Source of the DNA: Octopus sinensis
Taxonomy: Eukaryota
Assembly (NCBI RefSeq): GCF_006345805.1
Contig: NC_043004.1
Span: forward strand, 70,122,001 to 70,186,000
Direction of reading: 5' to 3'
DNA length: 64,000 nt
Positions within the stretch are counted from its first letter, which is position 1. Every line of letters begins with the position of its first letter. The notes beneath the pieces were generated by a model. That model had not been told where the DNA came from, made no database searches, and worked only from the letters and a program-made list of their open reading frames with translations. Both the position numbers and the translations under genes were made by a program. Shown one piece after another: positions 63,546-64,000 of the stretch.

Positions 63546-64000
63546 CTAACTGATATATTGTGAATTCTCGACAAGTGTTGTTCCAGTTGAGTTTAACAAG
63601 AATCTTAATTTATAAAAGTCCTCTATTGAAAAGCTTCCACTCGGATCAAGAGAGCACCGAGCGAACCGGTTGACCATCATTGCTCTCTCCTTGTCCAGCC
63701 AAAAGTCATAAGCTTGTTCCTGACTAGTGAAAGTGCTCCCTGCAAGCTCACTTGGGTAAGGTCCCCAAATGACAAGCTCCAGCATACCCCTGACGATAGC
63801 TAGGCAATCTGGCTTGTCTGATTGGAGCAGCTCAAGTCCTCGATACAAACCCTTGGAACATTCTAAAAGCTTCTCATCATCAAAGAGATACTTGTCAAAG
63901 AGATTATGCAAGAGTTTGGCACAGAAATCATTCATATCTGATGGTAGTTTATTATCAGCTTTGAAAGAAGGGAGCAAACACACACGTTTTCCACTGAAGT
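63546..64000 (-). CDS. PEAK1: Last coding exon of a PEAK1/Pragmin (SgK269/SgK223)-like pseudokinase
   Basis: LVIWGP...FWLDKERAMMVNRFARCSLDPSGSFSIEDFYKLRFL aligns from memory with human PEAK1 LLWGP...NWLDIKRTLLMIKFAEKSLDREGGISLEDWLCAQYL. The frame is open to the window edge, with TAG at 63546-63548. Confidence 0.7.
   Translation of the reverse strand, partial: FSGKRVCLLPSFKADNKLPSDMNDFCAKLLHNLFDKYLFDDEKLLECSKGLYRGLELLQSDKPDCLAIVRGMLELVIWGPYPSELAGSTFTSQEQAYDFWLDKERAMMVNRFARCSLDPSGSFSIEDFYKLRFLLNSTGTTLVENSQYIS

Overview
AT-rich, microsatellite-dense eukaryotic DNA. The repeat families suggest an octopus-like cephalopod (inference, not tested). The window holds two probable host-gene terminal exons pointing toward each other. 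One is an unidentified acidic/Lys-rich exon at 5097-5900 (+). The other is a PEAK1/Pragmin-like pseudokinase C-terminus at 63546-64000 (-). The ~57 kb between them is almost all mobile DNA and simple repeats: three or more tRNA-derived SINE families, RTE LINEs (two with a C-terminal triple C2H2 module), L1/Tx1 and R4/Dong-like remnants, a Penelope RT remnant, mariner and maT transposons, MITEs and Helitrons. Main highlights: (1) fold-back palindromes, mostly beside simple repeats, carrying minimal, probably dimer-type hammerhead ribozyme motifs on both strands (best at 40315-40702); (2) an array of Tx1-like elements whose three visible 3' ends all join an (ATCT)n microsatellite at the same base, suggesting target specificity; (3) RTE LINEs carrying a conserved three-zinc-finger tail. 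Many frameshifts, exact duplications and a 100-N gap mean some structures could be assembly artefacts. All family names come from recalled motifs, not database searches, and many boundaries are approximate.
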